DNA of 64,000 nt from Bdellovibrionota bacterium (lineage in GTDB: Bacteria > Bdellovibrionota_G > JALEGL01 > DATDPG01). Location of the stretch: positions 1,888,001-1,952,000 of the forward strand of contig OY764265.1 of NCBI GenBank assembly GCA_963668355.1, written 5' to 3'. The notes beneath the pieces were generated by a model. That model ran no database searches. It was given only the letters and a program-made list of their open reading frames with translations, and was not told the DNA's origin. This document shows, piece after piece, positions 9,119 through 18,080 of the stretch. Position 1 is the first letter of the stretch. Every line of letters begins with the position of its first letter. The translations under genes were made by a program, and so were the position numbers.

Positions 9119-10524
9119 GTACAAATGAAAGAAAATGGGATCTGTGGATTGTTGCGGCCTTTTTCTTGGGGCGCGTCATCTTTCAGTTTTGTTACCGATG
9201 GATTCATGATTTTCAGGTGCTCTCGGTTGATGAATATATCCGTCTTTCTGTTTCACATGACCTTGCGGGAAAATGGCAATGGTTTCCAGATCCTCTTTGG
9301 TTACCCGGTTATTTTTGGTTGCATGGCGCTTTGATGAAAATCGGCCTCTCCGTTCGCATGGCTGGGTTTGGGGTGGCATGGGTGTCGGCAGGGTTGGTCT
9401 CTGGAAGTTTGTATTGGATGATCCGTAATCTTGGCACTTCTCGACAACGGGCCATATGGATGACCTTTTTATTTTCGATTCAACCTCTTTCTATTTGGCT
9501 CGGCGGGGTCCCACTTTCTGAAGGCCCCACATTGGCCTTTGTCCTACTCGGTCTTGTTTTTTGGATGGAGGGTCGAAAAAACGAAAGTGTTCTCTTCTGG
9601 ATTGTGGCGAGTTTGTTTCGATACGAGGTGTGGCCGATTGTCTTTGGTCTGATTCTTGAAGCATTCCTGGAAAAGACGGAAAAGAAAAGCATCATTTGTT
9701 TCAGAAGTATTTTAATGGTTCTTGGAATTGCTTTTTGTATTTTTCACATCGTGAACTTTTCTACGCCCTTTGGAGCCATTTCCTATACGTTCGAACAGTC
9801 TGCTCTTTCGGCGAATCATTTGGCTCAAAGAAGTCAATTTTGGCTTGCAATGCCACGTTTCATGGCCTTTTCCATGCTCCTTTTACCGTTCATTCCTCTT
9901 TCTTTTATTAAAAGACACACAATTCAAAAATGTTTTTTTTACGCTACCGCGAGCATTTTTCTGACTCATGTAATGATTGTGGGAGTGGGATTTTATCCAT
10001 TGGTGTACTCTCCTCGAATGTGGCTCCTCCCTTTGGGTGTGGGATTTCCCCTTGCCGTTTTGGGTATGAGTCATTTTTTGGCTCGATACCCTATTTGGAA
10101 ACCGGCCATTTTAGGTTTGCTTTTTTTATTTGGAGTTGCAGGGTTGATGCAATCGCCCAATACCGAGGTGAAACGTGAGACGATTAAAGCTGCCGAAGTT
10201 ATAAAAAAGGTTAGCCAAGAATATCCTTCCTCATCCAAAACTTTGGCCGAACGAGCGGATTTGGGGTCGTATGTCTTGTGGGGGCTCACTGGAAAGAAGG
10301 CCAACCTCATTTTTGATCGGGTTGGAATGAGAGAAGAGAAACTTTTTTCTGACCCCTTGTGGCTCCAAAGACGTTTACGCCCAAACTCTTTTGTTTCGTG
10401 TCTTCTATCAAGCTCGGAAAAGGGAAAATTTGTGGTTGAGAAAGTAGCACCTAACTGGGAACCGAGGTGGAGGGAGGGAAAATATTTCCTGGCATGTGAT
10501 CCAAAGAAAAAGCTGGGCATATGA
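9115..10524 (+). CDS. Polytopic membrane protein, probable GT-C glycosyltransferase
   Basis: DE in the first loop, WLPG, LSE, RYE.W motifs. GTGA overlap with the upstream stop. Confidence 0.65.
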   Translation: MSTNERKWDLWIVAAFFLGRVIFQFCYRWIHDFQVLSVDEYIRLSVSHDLAGKWQWFPDPLWLPGYFWLHGALMKIGLSVRMAGFGVAWVSAGLVSGSLYWMIRNLGTSRQRAIWMTFLFSIQPLSIWLGGVPLSEGPTLAFVLLGLVFWMEGRKNESVLFWIVASLFRYEVWPIVFGLILEAFLEKTEKKSIICFRSILMVLGIAFCIFHIVNFSTPFGAISYTFEQSALSANHLAQRSQFWLAMPRFMAFSMLLLPFIPLSFIKRHTIQKCFFYATASIFLTHVMIVGVGFYPLVYSPRMWLLPLGVGFPLAVLGMSHFLARYPIWKPAILGLLFLFGVAGLMQSPNTEVKRETIKAAEVIKKVSQEYPSSSKTLAERADLGSYVLWGLTGKKANLIFDRVGMREEKLFSDPLWLQRRLRPNSFVSCLLSSSEKGKFVVEKVAPNWEPRWREGKYFLACDPKKKLGI

Positions 10525-10581
10525 TCCATTTTTAGAAGTATTTTTTTTAGTGGTGTCTTCAGGAGAAACTGAGATCTGTCG

Positions 10582-10611
10582 TTGACCCTAAGAGAAGGAA
10601 CTTGGTAAAAT
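10582..10611 (+). promoter_or_regulatory. Putative sigma70 promoter of the radical SAM gene
   Basis: TTGACC-18 nt-TAAAAT with TGG immediately before the -10 box. Confidence 0.5.
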
Positions 10612-10675
10612 ATACCCTTGCCTGGGTCCCGGCTCCCCCTGCTCAGGAAAATGGCATTTTTTGAAAGGCGGATTC

Positions 10676-13336
10676 ATGGCTTCACCGGAAATTCTATTTG
10701 TTTTTCCCCCATCGGTGCGAATTCTGCATGTTCCGCCAACTCAGATTGCCCAACATGTGTGTGTCTCGAATTTCACGCATCATATTGGATCAGCCTATAT
10801 CCGAGCCTTTCTAAAAGAGAAGAGAATTGAATCGGAACAATTTGTCACCGAGGCCCCTCTTCGGATGGACGATATCATCTCCAGAATTGGTGAACTCCAG
10901 CCAAAAGTGGTTGGCTTCACAATGTATCAATCGAATTTTTTAGCCGTCAGATATTTGGCTCAAGAACTTCGAAGACGTTTTCCTCGCATAAAGCTCATCG
11001 CCGGTGGGCCATCACCCACGACCAATGATTCTCTGGTTTTTCGAAGAGTTCCGGAACTCGATCTCTGTGTGCGTGGGGAAGGAGAGCATGCAGTTTTTGA
11101 ACTGCTTTCGACGGGAAAAATTTTTGAAAACTCGAAATTCCTTTTCGATATTGCGGGTCTCTCATTTGTCCAAAATGGACAACTTGTGAGGACTCACAAT
11201 CGAGCCTATAGTTTTTCAATCGACTCCGATAAGGATGGCCTGGATCGATTTCCTTCCCCATACCTTTCCGGCCTAATCCCCATTGAAAAAGAAGATGTGG
11301 GAGTTCTAAGTTCCAGAGGTTGTCCTTATGGATGCACCTATTGCATGTTTTCCTCTCTTTCACATCTCACCGTTCGTTATCATTCGGAGGAGCGATTCAT
11401 GGCTGAATTGCGAATGTTCTCTGAATCATTAAACGGGCGTCCTTTTTCCATCCACGATGATGCTTTCTCTTTAAACTTAAAACGTTCAAAACACATTTTG
11501 AAACGAATATTAGAGGAGAAGTTGAATTTAAATTTCTGGTGTGAAACCCGTGCGGATTGCGTGGATGAAGAATTCATTTATCTTTTAAAAGAAGCAGGAT
11601 GTTACGGAATAAACTTCGGCCTTGAAAGTGCGGTTCCTCGTATTTTGAGAAATGTAATGAAATTGGGTGCGGGGGCCTCCAGGCGAAAAGACCTAAAACC
11701 GGAAGAAAAGTTCATTCAAAACGTGCATCACTATACAAAAGTCGCCAATCTAGCTGGATTGAAGGTCCAAGTAAGTGTGATTTTTGGACTTCCGGGCGAA
11801 ACATTGCAAGACGGGATTGCGACACTTGAGTTTGTGAAAAAACTTCCCATCGAGTCTTATTACCATAACCACTTGGTAATCTTGCCCGGTACCGACTTGG
11901 CCAGAACTCACAATGAATACGGAATTGGTTTGGAATACACAGATAACGATCCGTTTCGAACCATGAAGACCGTACATAGCTACGATTTGTTTGAGCTTCC
12001 GATGCTTGCGAACAGTACGGTTAAACAGAAATTTGATCAATTTGTGGATCAAGTACGAGAACAGGTGTTTGGTGAATTTTACAGCGAAGACGATCTATCA
12101 TCGTCGTTTATGTTTTATGGGGAAGGCCCAATCAACGACGAGATGGCACGATTTATTGATTTAAATTCCAAAGTGAATACCGCCGTATATTTTTTCAGCA
12201 GAGATGAAAATGAGGCTTCTTTCTCTTCCTCCATTGATCAGCTGATTGAGGAAGGAGTAGGGCTTCGTTTTTCAGTAAAAGTTCTAGAGAAGCAAACCGA
12301 GGTGGGGACATCTTTTTTACTCTCTCCCAAAAGCATTTTCTTCAATAATTATGGAAATGTGTTTCGAAACGATGAGAAGTTTTTTCGAAAAAAATTCCTC
12401 CCAGCATTTAAGGAGCCTTTGGGACATAAAATTTCGCTTGCAAAAATCGATGCTTCTTCGAGGTTGACTGGACGGTGTAAAACGGTCGTTGAAGCTTCGG
12501 AAGATATTGATGCCTTACTGGGTTGGGTGAAGGCGTTTGATGCAGGAGTGGTTTGGCCCATTCCATGGAATTTTTCGGGTGTAACCTCCATGGGGGTCGA
12601 AAATGAGTGCCGTTGGATGTCAAGCCCTTGTCCCATTGAGAAGCGTGAACCCTTAATTGTATTTGGAAATGGCTGTGTGGGGAGTTGTGTGAAAGACCCT
12701 GCCTGCACTTTTGGCTCTGTGAAAGAATCGCGCAGGGAATTAATACAAAAATTGCAAAAGATGCGGGAAGAGGCTGAGTTGGAGAGAGGATGTTTTCAGT
12801 GTCCAGCGAAAGATGTGTGTTCCCGTTGCTTGTTTCCACAGGTCTCCGTCGATAAATTTTGTGAAACCGTGCGAGTCGTCCATGAGCAAAAGTTGGGCGA
12901 GAGCTTACGGCATGTTTTTATGATGTTGAAAACGCTTCCAAGTTTTTCTCGAGAGTTAGGTTTGGATGACCTGAGTTCAGTGTTAGTAGAAGGAAATCAG
13001 TTTTCCAAAGGTCCTCAGTCTCTCATTTCTACATTTGTTCATCCGGAATATTCAAAGGAGAGTTCGTTTATTGTCCCGGACTATATAAAGTTGCTTAGGT
13101 GTAAGGGTGATTATTTTGTCATTTCAACCAAGAATGAACATATCTATAAAATGAACCAGATTTCGATTCTCATTTTGGAAGTCTTGAAGAAAAAGGGAAG
13201 TCAGAAAGACATCCTTTCATCTCTTCGATTAAGAGAGGATTTATTTGGAGATTGTTCTGATCTGACGCTTGAAGACCTGAAGGGACCTATTTCGATCCTG
13301 TTAAAAAATGGATTTTTAAAGACCTCTTCGTCTTAA
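10676..13336 (+). CDS. Cobalamin-binding radical SAM protein with C-terminal Cys-rich (SPASM-like) and PqqD/RRE-like regions
   Basis: B12-binding N-terminus (IGSAYI, VVGFT, IAGGP, GEGE). SRGCPYGCTYC and FGLES. C-terminal Cys cluster CRW..PCP..CVGSC..CFQCPAKDVCSRC. Confidence 0.85.
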   Translation: MASPEILFVFPPSVRILHVPPTQIAQHVCVSNFTHHIGSAYIRAFLKEKRIESEQFVTEAPLRMDDIISRIGELQPKVVGFTMYQSNFLAVRYLAQELRRRFPRIKLIAGGPSPTTNDSLVFRRVPELDLCVRGEGEHAVFELLSTGKIFENSKFLFDIAGLSFVQNGQLVRTHNRAYSFSIDSDKDGLDRFPSPYLSGLIPIEKEDVGVLSSRGCPYGCTYCMFSSLSHLTVRYHSEERFMAELRMFSESLNGRPFSIHDDAFSLNLKRSKHILKRILEEKLNLNFWCETRADCVDEEFIYLLKEAGCYGINFGLESAVPRILRNVMKLGAGASRRKDLKPEEKFIQNVHHYTKVANLAGLKVQVSVIFGLPGETLQDGIATLEFVKKLPIESYYHNHLVILPGTDLARTHNEYGIGLEYTDNDPFRTMKTVHSYDLFELPMLANSTVKQKFDQFVDQVREQVFGEFYSEDDLSSSFMFYGEGPINDEMARFIDLNSKVNTAVYFFSRDENEASFSSSIDQLIEEGVGLRFSVKVLEKQTEVGTSFLLSPKSIFFNNYGNVFRNDEKFFRKKFLPAFKEPLGHKISLAKIDASSRLTGRCKTVVEASEDIDALLGWVKAFDAGVVWPIPWNFSGVTSMGVENECRWMSSPCPIEKREPLIVFGNGCVGSCVKDPACTFGSVKESRRELIQKLQKMREEAELERGCFQCPAKDVCSRCLFPQVSVDKFCETVRVVHEQKLGESLRHVFMMLKTLPSFSRELGLDDLSSVLVEGNQFSKGPQSLISTFVHPEYSKESSFIVPDYIKLLRCKGDYFVISTKNEHIYKMNQISILILEVLKKKGSQKDILSSLRLREDLFGDCSDLTLEDLKGPISILLKNGFLKTSSS

Positions 13337-13369
13337 GCGACTTCGCACGTGAAGGATGGATTAAAAATT

Positions 13370-13606
13370 CTATTTCTTCATGCTTTTTGGAAAGTCTGCC
13401 GGGTTGGAATCTCGAATCCAAGCCAATACATCCTGTAAGAGAAAACGCCAACGGCCAGCGACTTTTTTTCCTGGGAGGTCTCCCGCTCGGGTAAGGCGGT
13501 AGACGGATCTCCGGCTGATTCGAAGACAATCGGCCACTTCATTGATCGTAAGAATTTCACTAAAAATTCGGGAAGGATCTGCGTTGGGTGGTTTGGAATC
13601 TTTCAC
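13370..13606 (-). CDS. Excisionase-like helix-turn-helix DNA-binding protein
   Basis: ILTINEVADCLRISRRSVYRL..G.LPGKKVAGRWRF matches the HTH_17/Xis pattern. Confidence 0.85.
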   Translation of the reverse strand: MKDSKPPNADPSRIFSEILTINEVADCLRISRRSVYRLTRAGDLPGKKVAGRWRFLLQDVLAWIRDSNPADFPKSMKK

Positions 13607-13618
13607 AAACGTAAAGAG

Positions 13619-13634
13619 GGCAAAATCCGAGCCA
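13619..13634 (-). promoter_or_regulatory. Putative sigma54 -24/-12 promoter
   Basis: Minus strand TGGCTC-GGATT-TTGCC (GG-N10-GC), 12 nt upstream of the HTH start codon. Confidence 0.55.
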
Positions 13635-13838
13635 AGGTTTGTGCCCGTCTAACCGACCGAATATAGAAGGGAATTTTGTTGAAGAAAAAATTCGTTTTTT
13701 TAAAGGGGGGTCAGAATCACCTCGAAAGAAACAGACACGTGCTGCCAAAGAAGGGTTAGTGAGGGATAAGAGCTGACCGTTACAAGGTCAAAAAAGACTC
13801 CGGGGCCCGTATTTGACCCGCAGGATCGGGTAAACCTT

Positions 13839-16496
13839 CTATTTTAAAATCTCTTGAATCTTCTGTATGAGCTGATCTACGTCGAAGGGTTTCTGGATGA
13901 ATCCAGCAAGGCCCTTTCCAGCAAAACGCGAAGTGGCATCTTGTTCGTTGTATCCACTTGAGAGAATCACCAAGACATCCGACTTTATTCGACGCAACTC
14001 TCTGAAACACTCGTCCCCGGAAAGTCGCGGCATGGTCATATCCAAAAAGACCAATTGAATTTCCTCGGCATGCTCACGGAAAATATCCAACGCTTCTTGT
14101 CCATCATTTGCGAGGAGAACTTGAAATCCGATTTTTTCGAGGAGTCGTTTGACAAATTTTCTCACCTGCTCTTCGTCGTCCACGACCAAAACGGTTCCTG
14201 TTCCCTTCCAAGAAGAGGATTTCTCTTTTGGAGAAGAGACGATCTCCTTTTTTCGAGTCGAAACGGGAAAGAGAATTTTAAATGTCGTTCCCTCTCCAAT
14301 TTCTGAATAGATTTTAATGTTTCCTTTGTGACCTCGTACAATTCCTTGGACTGCGGACAAACCCAATCCGCGGCCAGAAAACTTTGTGGAGAAAAAGGGA
14401 TCGAAAATATTGTCGAGAACTTTGGGGTCGATACCGCTACCATTGTCCGCCACCTCCAGATAGACATAGTGGCCTGGAGTCATGTTTTCAGAATAACTTA
14501 GTGTGGCCAGATAGGCGCGATCACAAAACATGTTTTTCGTTGTGAGGGTGATCAGTCCGTCTCTACCTTCCATGGCTTCAGCGGCATTGATCAGAAGGTT
14601 CATAATGATCTGTTGGATTTGAGAGGGATCTCCCTCCATCAACGGAAGATCTTTGTCATAATTGTATTTGATCACGGCCTTTTTCGAAATGGACAACTCT
14701 AAAAGACTTCCCATTTCCTGAATGAGTTGGTTTAGGTTAAGTGGCTTGACGACAAATTTTCCTTTTCCCGAATAGGCCAAAAGTTGTTTGGTTAGATCGG
14801 CCAGCTTTTGAGAGGCCACTCGAATGTTTTCAACTGTGCCTCTCTGAGGCGATTGGTCAGACATTTCTGTCAAGGCCATGCTTGCATTGCCCAAAATTCC
14901 AACCAAAAGATTGTTAAAGTCGTGTGCAATTCCTCCTGCCAAGATTCCTAGGCTTTCCAGTTTTTGTGTGTGTTGGAGTTGTTCAGTGATTTTTCGCTGC
15001 TCAGCTTCCACGCGAATTTTCTCTGTGAGATCGATCCAAGTGGTGAGGATAAATATTTTCCCATGGATATGAATTTGATTGGTTGAGACCAAGACGTTTC
15101 GTAGGTCTCCGTTTTTGGATTGAAGCGTGGTTTCAGACGTTCCCTTCTTGCTGGGGTTTTCGGGAGAGAGAAAGGGTTTGAAATCTTCTTCTTTTTCCGA
15201 GTTTAGGATGTTCTTGAGGCTTAGTTTCTGGAATTCCTGCCGTGTGTAACCGAGGCTTTCATGGGCAGCCGAGTTGAACTCGGTGAAACTCAGTTTGGGT
15301 AATTCAATAAGAACGATGGGGGTATGAGCTTGACCAAAAAGGGCACGATACTTTTCTTCGGAGTCTTTCAGATCGTTTTCAGCCACTTTTTGTTTGTGAA
15401 TGTCCTGAATGGATCCCGACATTCGAAGAGGTTTTTGTGCGGAGTCAAAGACAGCCTGGCCACGAACACGAAACCAATGGAAGTAGCGCTCTTTGTGGCA
15501 GAGGCGACACTCGATGTGAAAGGGAACTTGCCTCGAGAAGTGGGCATGAAGAGCCTGTTCATATTTAGCAAGGTCTTCGAAGTGGAGAAGATTCGTCAGG
15601 GCTGAGTAGGAAGGGCGTATTTGTAATTTGGAGTAACCGATCATTTCAAAAAACCGGGAAGACCACCACTGTTCGTCTCGATTCAGATCGGGTTGATCCC
15701 AAAATCCATCTCGGGAACCTTCCATGGCCAGAGCCGTTTGTTCCTCGCTTTTCTTTAGGCTTTGGATCATCGGGCGCGTTAAACGGAGAAATATGAAAGC
15801 GCCCAAAAGAGATAAGCTCAAGGCCACAAAGAGACTCCATAGGGCAGCTCGAATGAATGGGGAGCGGATTTCCTTGAGGTCAATTTTGGCAACGATTCCC
15901 ATTTCAGCAGGCGCGATCCATTCATATGCAGCGAGAACGTTCTCCCCTCGATAATCCAATCCCATGATCGTTCCCGCATTCTTGAGCAAGGCCCTTCGCA
16001 TGGGTTCCGCAAGCTTAGAGTCGAAGGGAACTGGCTTCGGAATTTCTCGATCATCATGGCGATGTTTGAGAAGAAAAACGATTTGATCGCCAGATTTTTT
16101 CGCCAGTGTGTATTCGCCGGTTTCTCCAAATCCCTTGAAATGTTCGTGGGATCGTCGGAGCTGTTTTAATAAGGCCTTTGCCGGGGAACCATGTTTCGAG
16201 ACTTCCTGCGTGTAATGGGCAAACTCTTCTTCGTGTTTAAAAATTTCTTCAATGAGAAAGCGTTCACTTTGGGCCGATTCGATGAGTCGCGCCCGTTGTT
16301 GTTTGAGTGAGGTGGAGTAAAGGAGGTAAAAAGAAGTTGCGAGGGTGATTCCCACGACACCAAACATTGTCGCAATCAAAAGATATACGCGCTTGTACCA
16401 AATCATCCAATCAACCGCTTTTACCCATCGTGACGAAATGTAAAATCTAAAATTACGTCGAATGTGATTGGATCTCCAGTTTTTTATGTTTTCCAT
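13839..16496 (-). CDS. Hybrid sensor histidine kinase (TM, Cache-like, two PAS, HisKA, HATPase, REC)
   Basis: [12 protein letters not shown]-box, NLLINA, DNGSG, FFSTK, GRGLGL. REC domain with VVDDE, LDMTMP and QKP. Confidence 0.93.
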   Translation of the reverse strand: MENIKNWRSNHIRRNFRFYISSRWVKAVDWMIWYKRVYLLIATMFGVVGITLATSFYLLYSTSLKQQRARLIESAQSERFLIEEIFKHEEEFAHYTQEVSKHGSPAKALLKQLRRSHEHFKGFGETGEYTLAKKSGDQIVFLLKHRHDDREIPKPVPFDSKLAEPMRRALLKNAGTIMGLDYRGENVLAAYEWIAPAEMGIVAKIDLKEIRSPFIRAALWSLFVALSLSLLGAFIFLRLTRPMIQSLKKSEEQTALAMEGSRDGFWDQPDLNRDEQWWSSRFFEMIGYSKLQIRPSYSALTNLLHFEDLAKYEQALHAHFSRQVPFHIECRLCHKERYFHWFRVRGQAVFDSAQKPLRMSGSIQDIHKQKVAENDLKDSEEKYRALFGQAHTPIVLIELPKLSFTEFNSAAHESLGYTRQEFQKLSLKNILNSEKEEDFKPFLSPENPSKKGTSETTLQSKNGDLRNVLVSTNQIHIHGKIFILTTWIDLTEKIRVEAEQRKITEQLQHTQKLESLGILAGGIAHDFNNLLVGILGNASMALTEMSDQSPQRGTVENIRVASQKLADLTKQLLAYSGKGKFVVKPLNLNQLIQEMGSLLELSISKKAVIKYNYDKDLPLMEGDPSQIQQIIMNLLINAAEAMEGRDGLITLTTKNMFCDRAYLATLSYSENMTPGHYVYLEVADNGSGIDPKVLDNIFDPFFSTKFSGRGLGLSAVQGIVRGHKGNIKIYSEIGEGTTFKILFPVSTRKKEIVSSPKEKSSSWKGTGTVLVVDDEEQVRKFVKRLLEKIGFQVLLANDGQEALDIFREHAEEIQLVFLDMTMPRLSGDECFRELRRIKSDVLVILSSGYNEQDATSRFAGKGLAGFIQKPFDVDQLIQKIQEILK

Positions 16497-16583
16497 TTGT
16501 AATTGGAAAAAGACGGAAAGAATGTCGTATGTGTTCTCTCCTAAAGACTTGATATTCTAGAAAAAACTCTGGAGCCGAGTGGG

Positions 16584-18080
16584 TCAAAAGGATTCGCAAA
16601 ATGGCGTGTTTTCAAGGTGCATGCGGCAGGCTTTTTGAATTAAAGATCGTTCTGAGCGCGGGACAAAGATGACCAGTCTTTCGGTTCCATACCAATGTTG
16701 ATCGAAAAGTTCTCCTGTTGGGATCAGGCCTTTCATGAGTCCGGGGTAAAAGGCTCCCAAACGATTTCCAGCAAGGATGAATGAGTATGGAGTTTGGTCT
16801 TGGAGGTGAAGTCTTAACTCTTCTTTCCACTGTGTTCCGTAACGCATTCTGAACCGATCTCGCGTGGCATCCAAATCGGCTTGAGGCTGGATTCCGGCAT
16901 ACAGATTCAACATGGGTCGTTCGTCGACCAAGGGGTTCGATGAGGCATCTTTTAAAACGTCAACGAGGGTCCATAGTTTTTTGACGTGCGCCGCGTCTGG
17001 GATCGGAAGGGTCAGCCCACGAATCGATACAACTAGATGGAGAAAGATCAAGGTAGTGACCATTAATGTCTTTGTTTTTTCCGAAAAAGGAAGACATTGA
17101 GGAAAAACGATCAGTCCCATGGAAAGAGCCAAAATGGGAGGGATGAGGTAGTTGATGGAACTCCCAATATGTCCGCAGATCAAGAGGAAAGACATGCAAA
17201 ATATAAGAAACAACGAATTCCAACTTTTCAGGCCCTCCTTTTTGATGAGAAAAAACAGTCCTATAATTCCCAAAGAAAGAATGGGATAGTCCAGAAAAGT
17301 ACCTCGAATGAACGTCCAAGTTCTCATCAGGTTGAGATCCTCTAGGCGACTCCCCACCATAGCCGCGAACATATTTTGCTGAAGCAACCAGAGGAACGCA
17401 GCTAGGGAAAAAAGAAAGGTCATGAGTGTGGGGTATCGTTTCCCAGGGGTGAGAAAGCCAATCAGAAACGAAGCAAAGAGAAATGGCAGCATGACGTGTT
17501 TGGTCAGTGTGGAAGCCAGGATCATCAACATTCCGCTCAAATGTATGAACGAGAAAGAAGATTTGGATGTTGAGGCTTTCTTTAGAAGAAAAAGACCCAT
17601 GAAAAGAAAGAATATGGCCAATATGTCCGTTCGGCAGAGAGGCGTCCAGAGAATCGTGTCTTTGGTGCTTAGAACAAGTAGGGGGGCCAAACAAGCGATC
17701 CAACGCTTTACTCCAAGGTCCTGGAGAAAGATTACAAGAAGCGTTAGGACTCCAAATAAGGCGAGTATGGATAGGAGTCTGCCAGCCATCAACGTATGTT
17801 CAGGCCCTTGGAAAAAAAGAGCTAATAAGGCGGGATACAAAGGTGGATAGTTGTAAGTTGTGAAAGGAAAGGAAAAGGCTTCTGCATAAGGCATGATGCC
17901 GTTTTGAATCTCCAGGGCTGCAAACACGCTGAGCCCTTCATGTGGATCCCAGTCAAAAGGATAACTCAGAATCGCACAAATATACTGAAGAATGCTCGGA
18001 AAAAAGAATACGAGAAAGAGGGTGATCGAGAGGATTCCAAGAGCGAAGGAGAGATGTTTTTGGAAAGGTTTGATCGTCAT
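16584..18080 (-). CDS. Polytopic membrane protein, probable GT-C glycosyltransferase
   Basis: DPHEG loop, YPPLY, GRLLS, RTD, TKH motifs. ATGA overlap with the upstream gene. Confidence 0.7.
   Translation of the reverse strand: MTIKPFQKHLSFALGILSITLFLVFFFPSILQYICAILSYPFDWDPHEGLSVFAALEIQNGIMPYAEAFSFPFTTYNYPPLYPALLALFFQGPEHTLMAGRLLSILALFGVLTLLVIFLQDLGVKRWIACLAPLLVLSTKDTILWTPLCRTDILAIFFLFMGLFLLKKASTSKSSFSFIHLSGMLMILASTLTKHVMLPFLFASFLIGFLTPGKRYPTLMTFLFSLAAFLWLLQQNMFAAMVGSRLEDLNLMRTWTFIRGTFLDYPILSLGIIGLFFLIKKEGLKSWNSLFLIFCMSFLLICGHIGSSINYLIPPILALSMGLIVFPQCLPFSEKTKTLMVTTLIFLHLVVSIRGLTLPIPDAAHVKKLWTLVDVLKDASSNPLVDERPMLNLYAGIQPQADLDATRDRFRMRYGTQWKEELRLHLQDQTPYSFILAGNRLGAFYPGLMKGLIPTGELFDQHWYGTERLVIFVPRSERSLIQKACRMHLENTPFCESF

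Noticed and set aside
13370..13606. Prophage or ICE inferred from the Xis-like gene
   Set aside because: No integrase, phage or conjugation genes in the window.
13615..13660. Possible c-di-GMP-I (GEMM) riboswitch starting GGGCAAA
   Set aside because: No GAAA tetraloop or GACGCAAA segment, and it is on the wrong strand for the adjacent gene.
13337..13838. RiPP precursor for the radical SAM enzyme
   Set aside because: Short ORFs here and in 10525-10675 lack an RBS or leader/core-like composition.
16960..17703. 247-aa alternative-frame ORF
   Set aside because: Nested within the GT-C gene; not protein-like.
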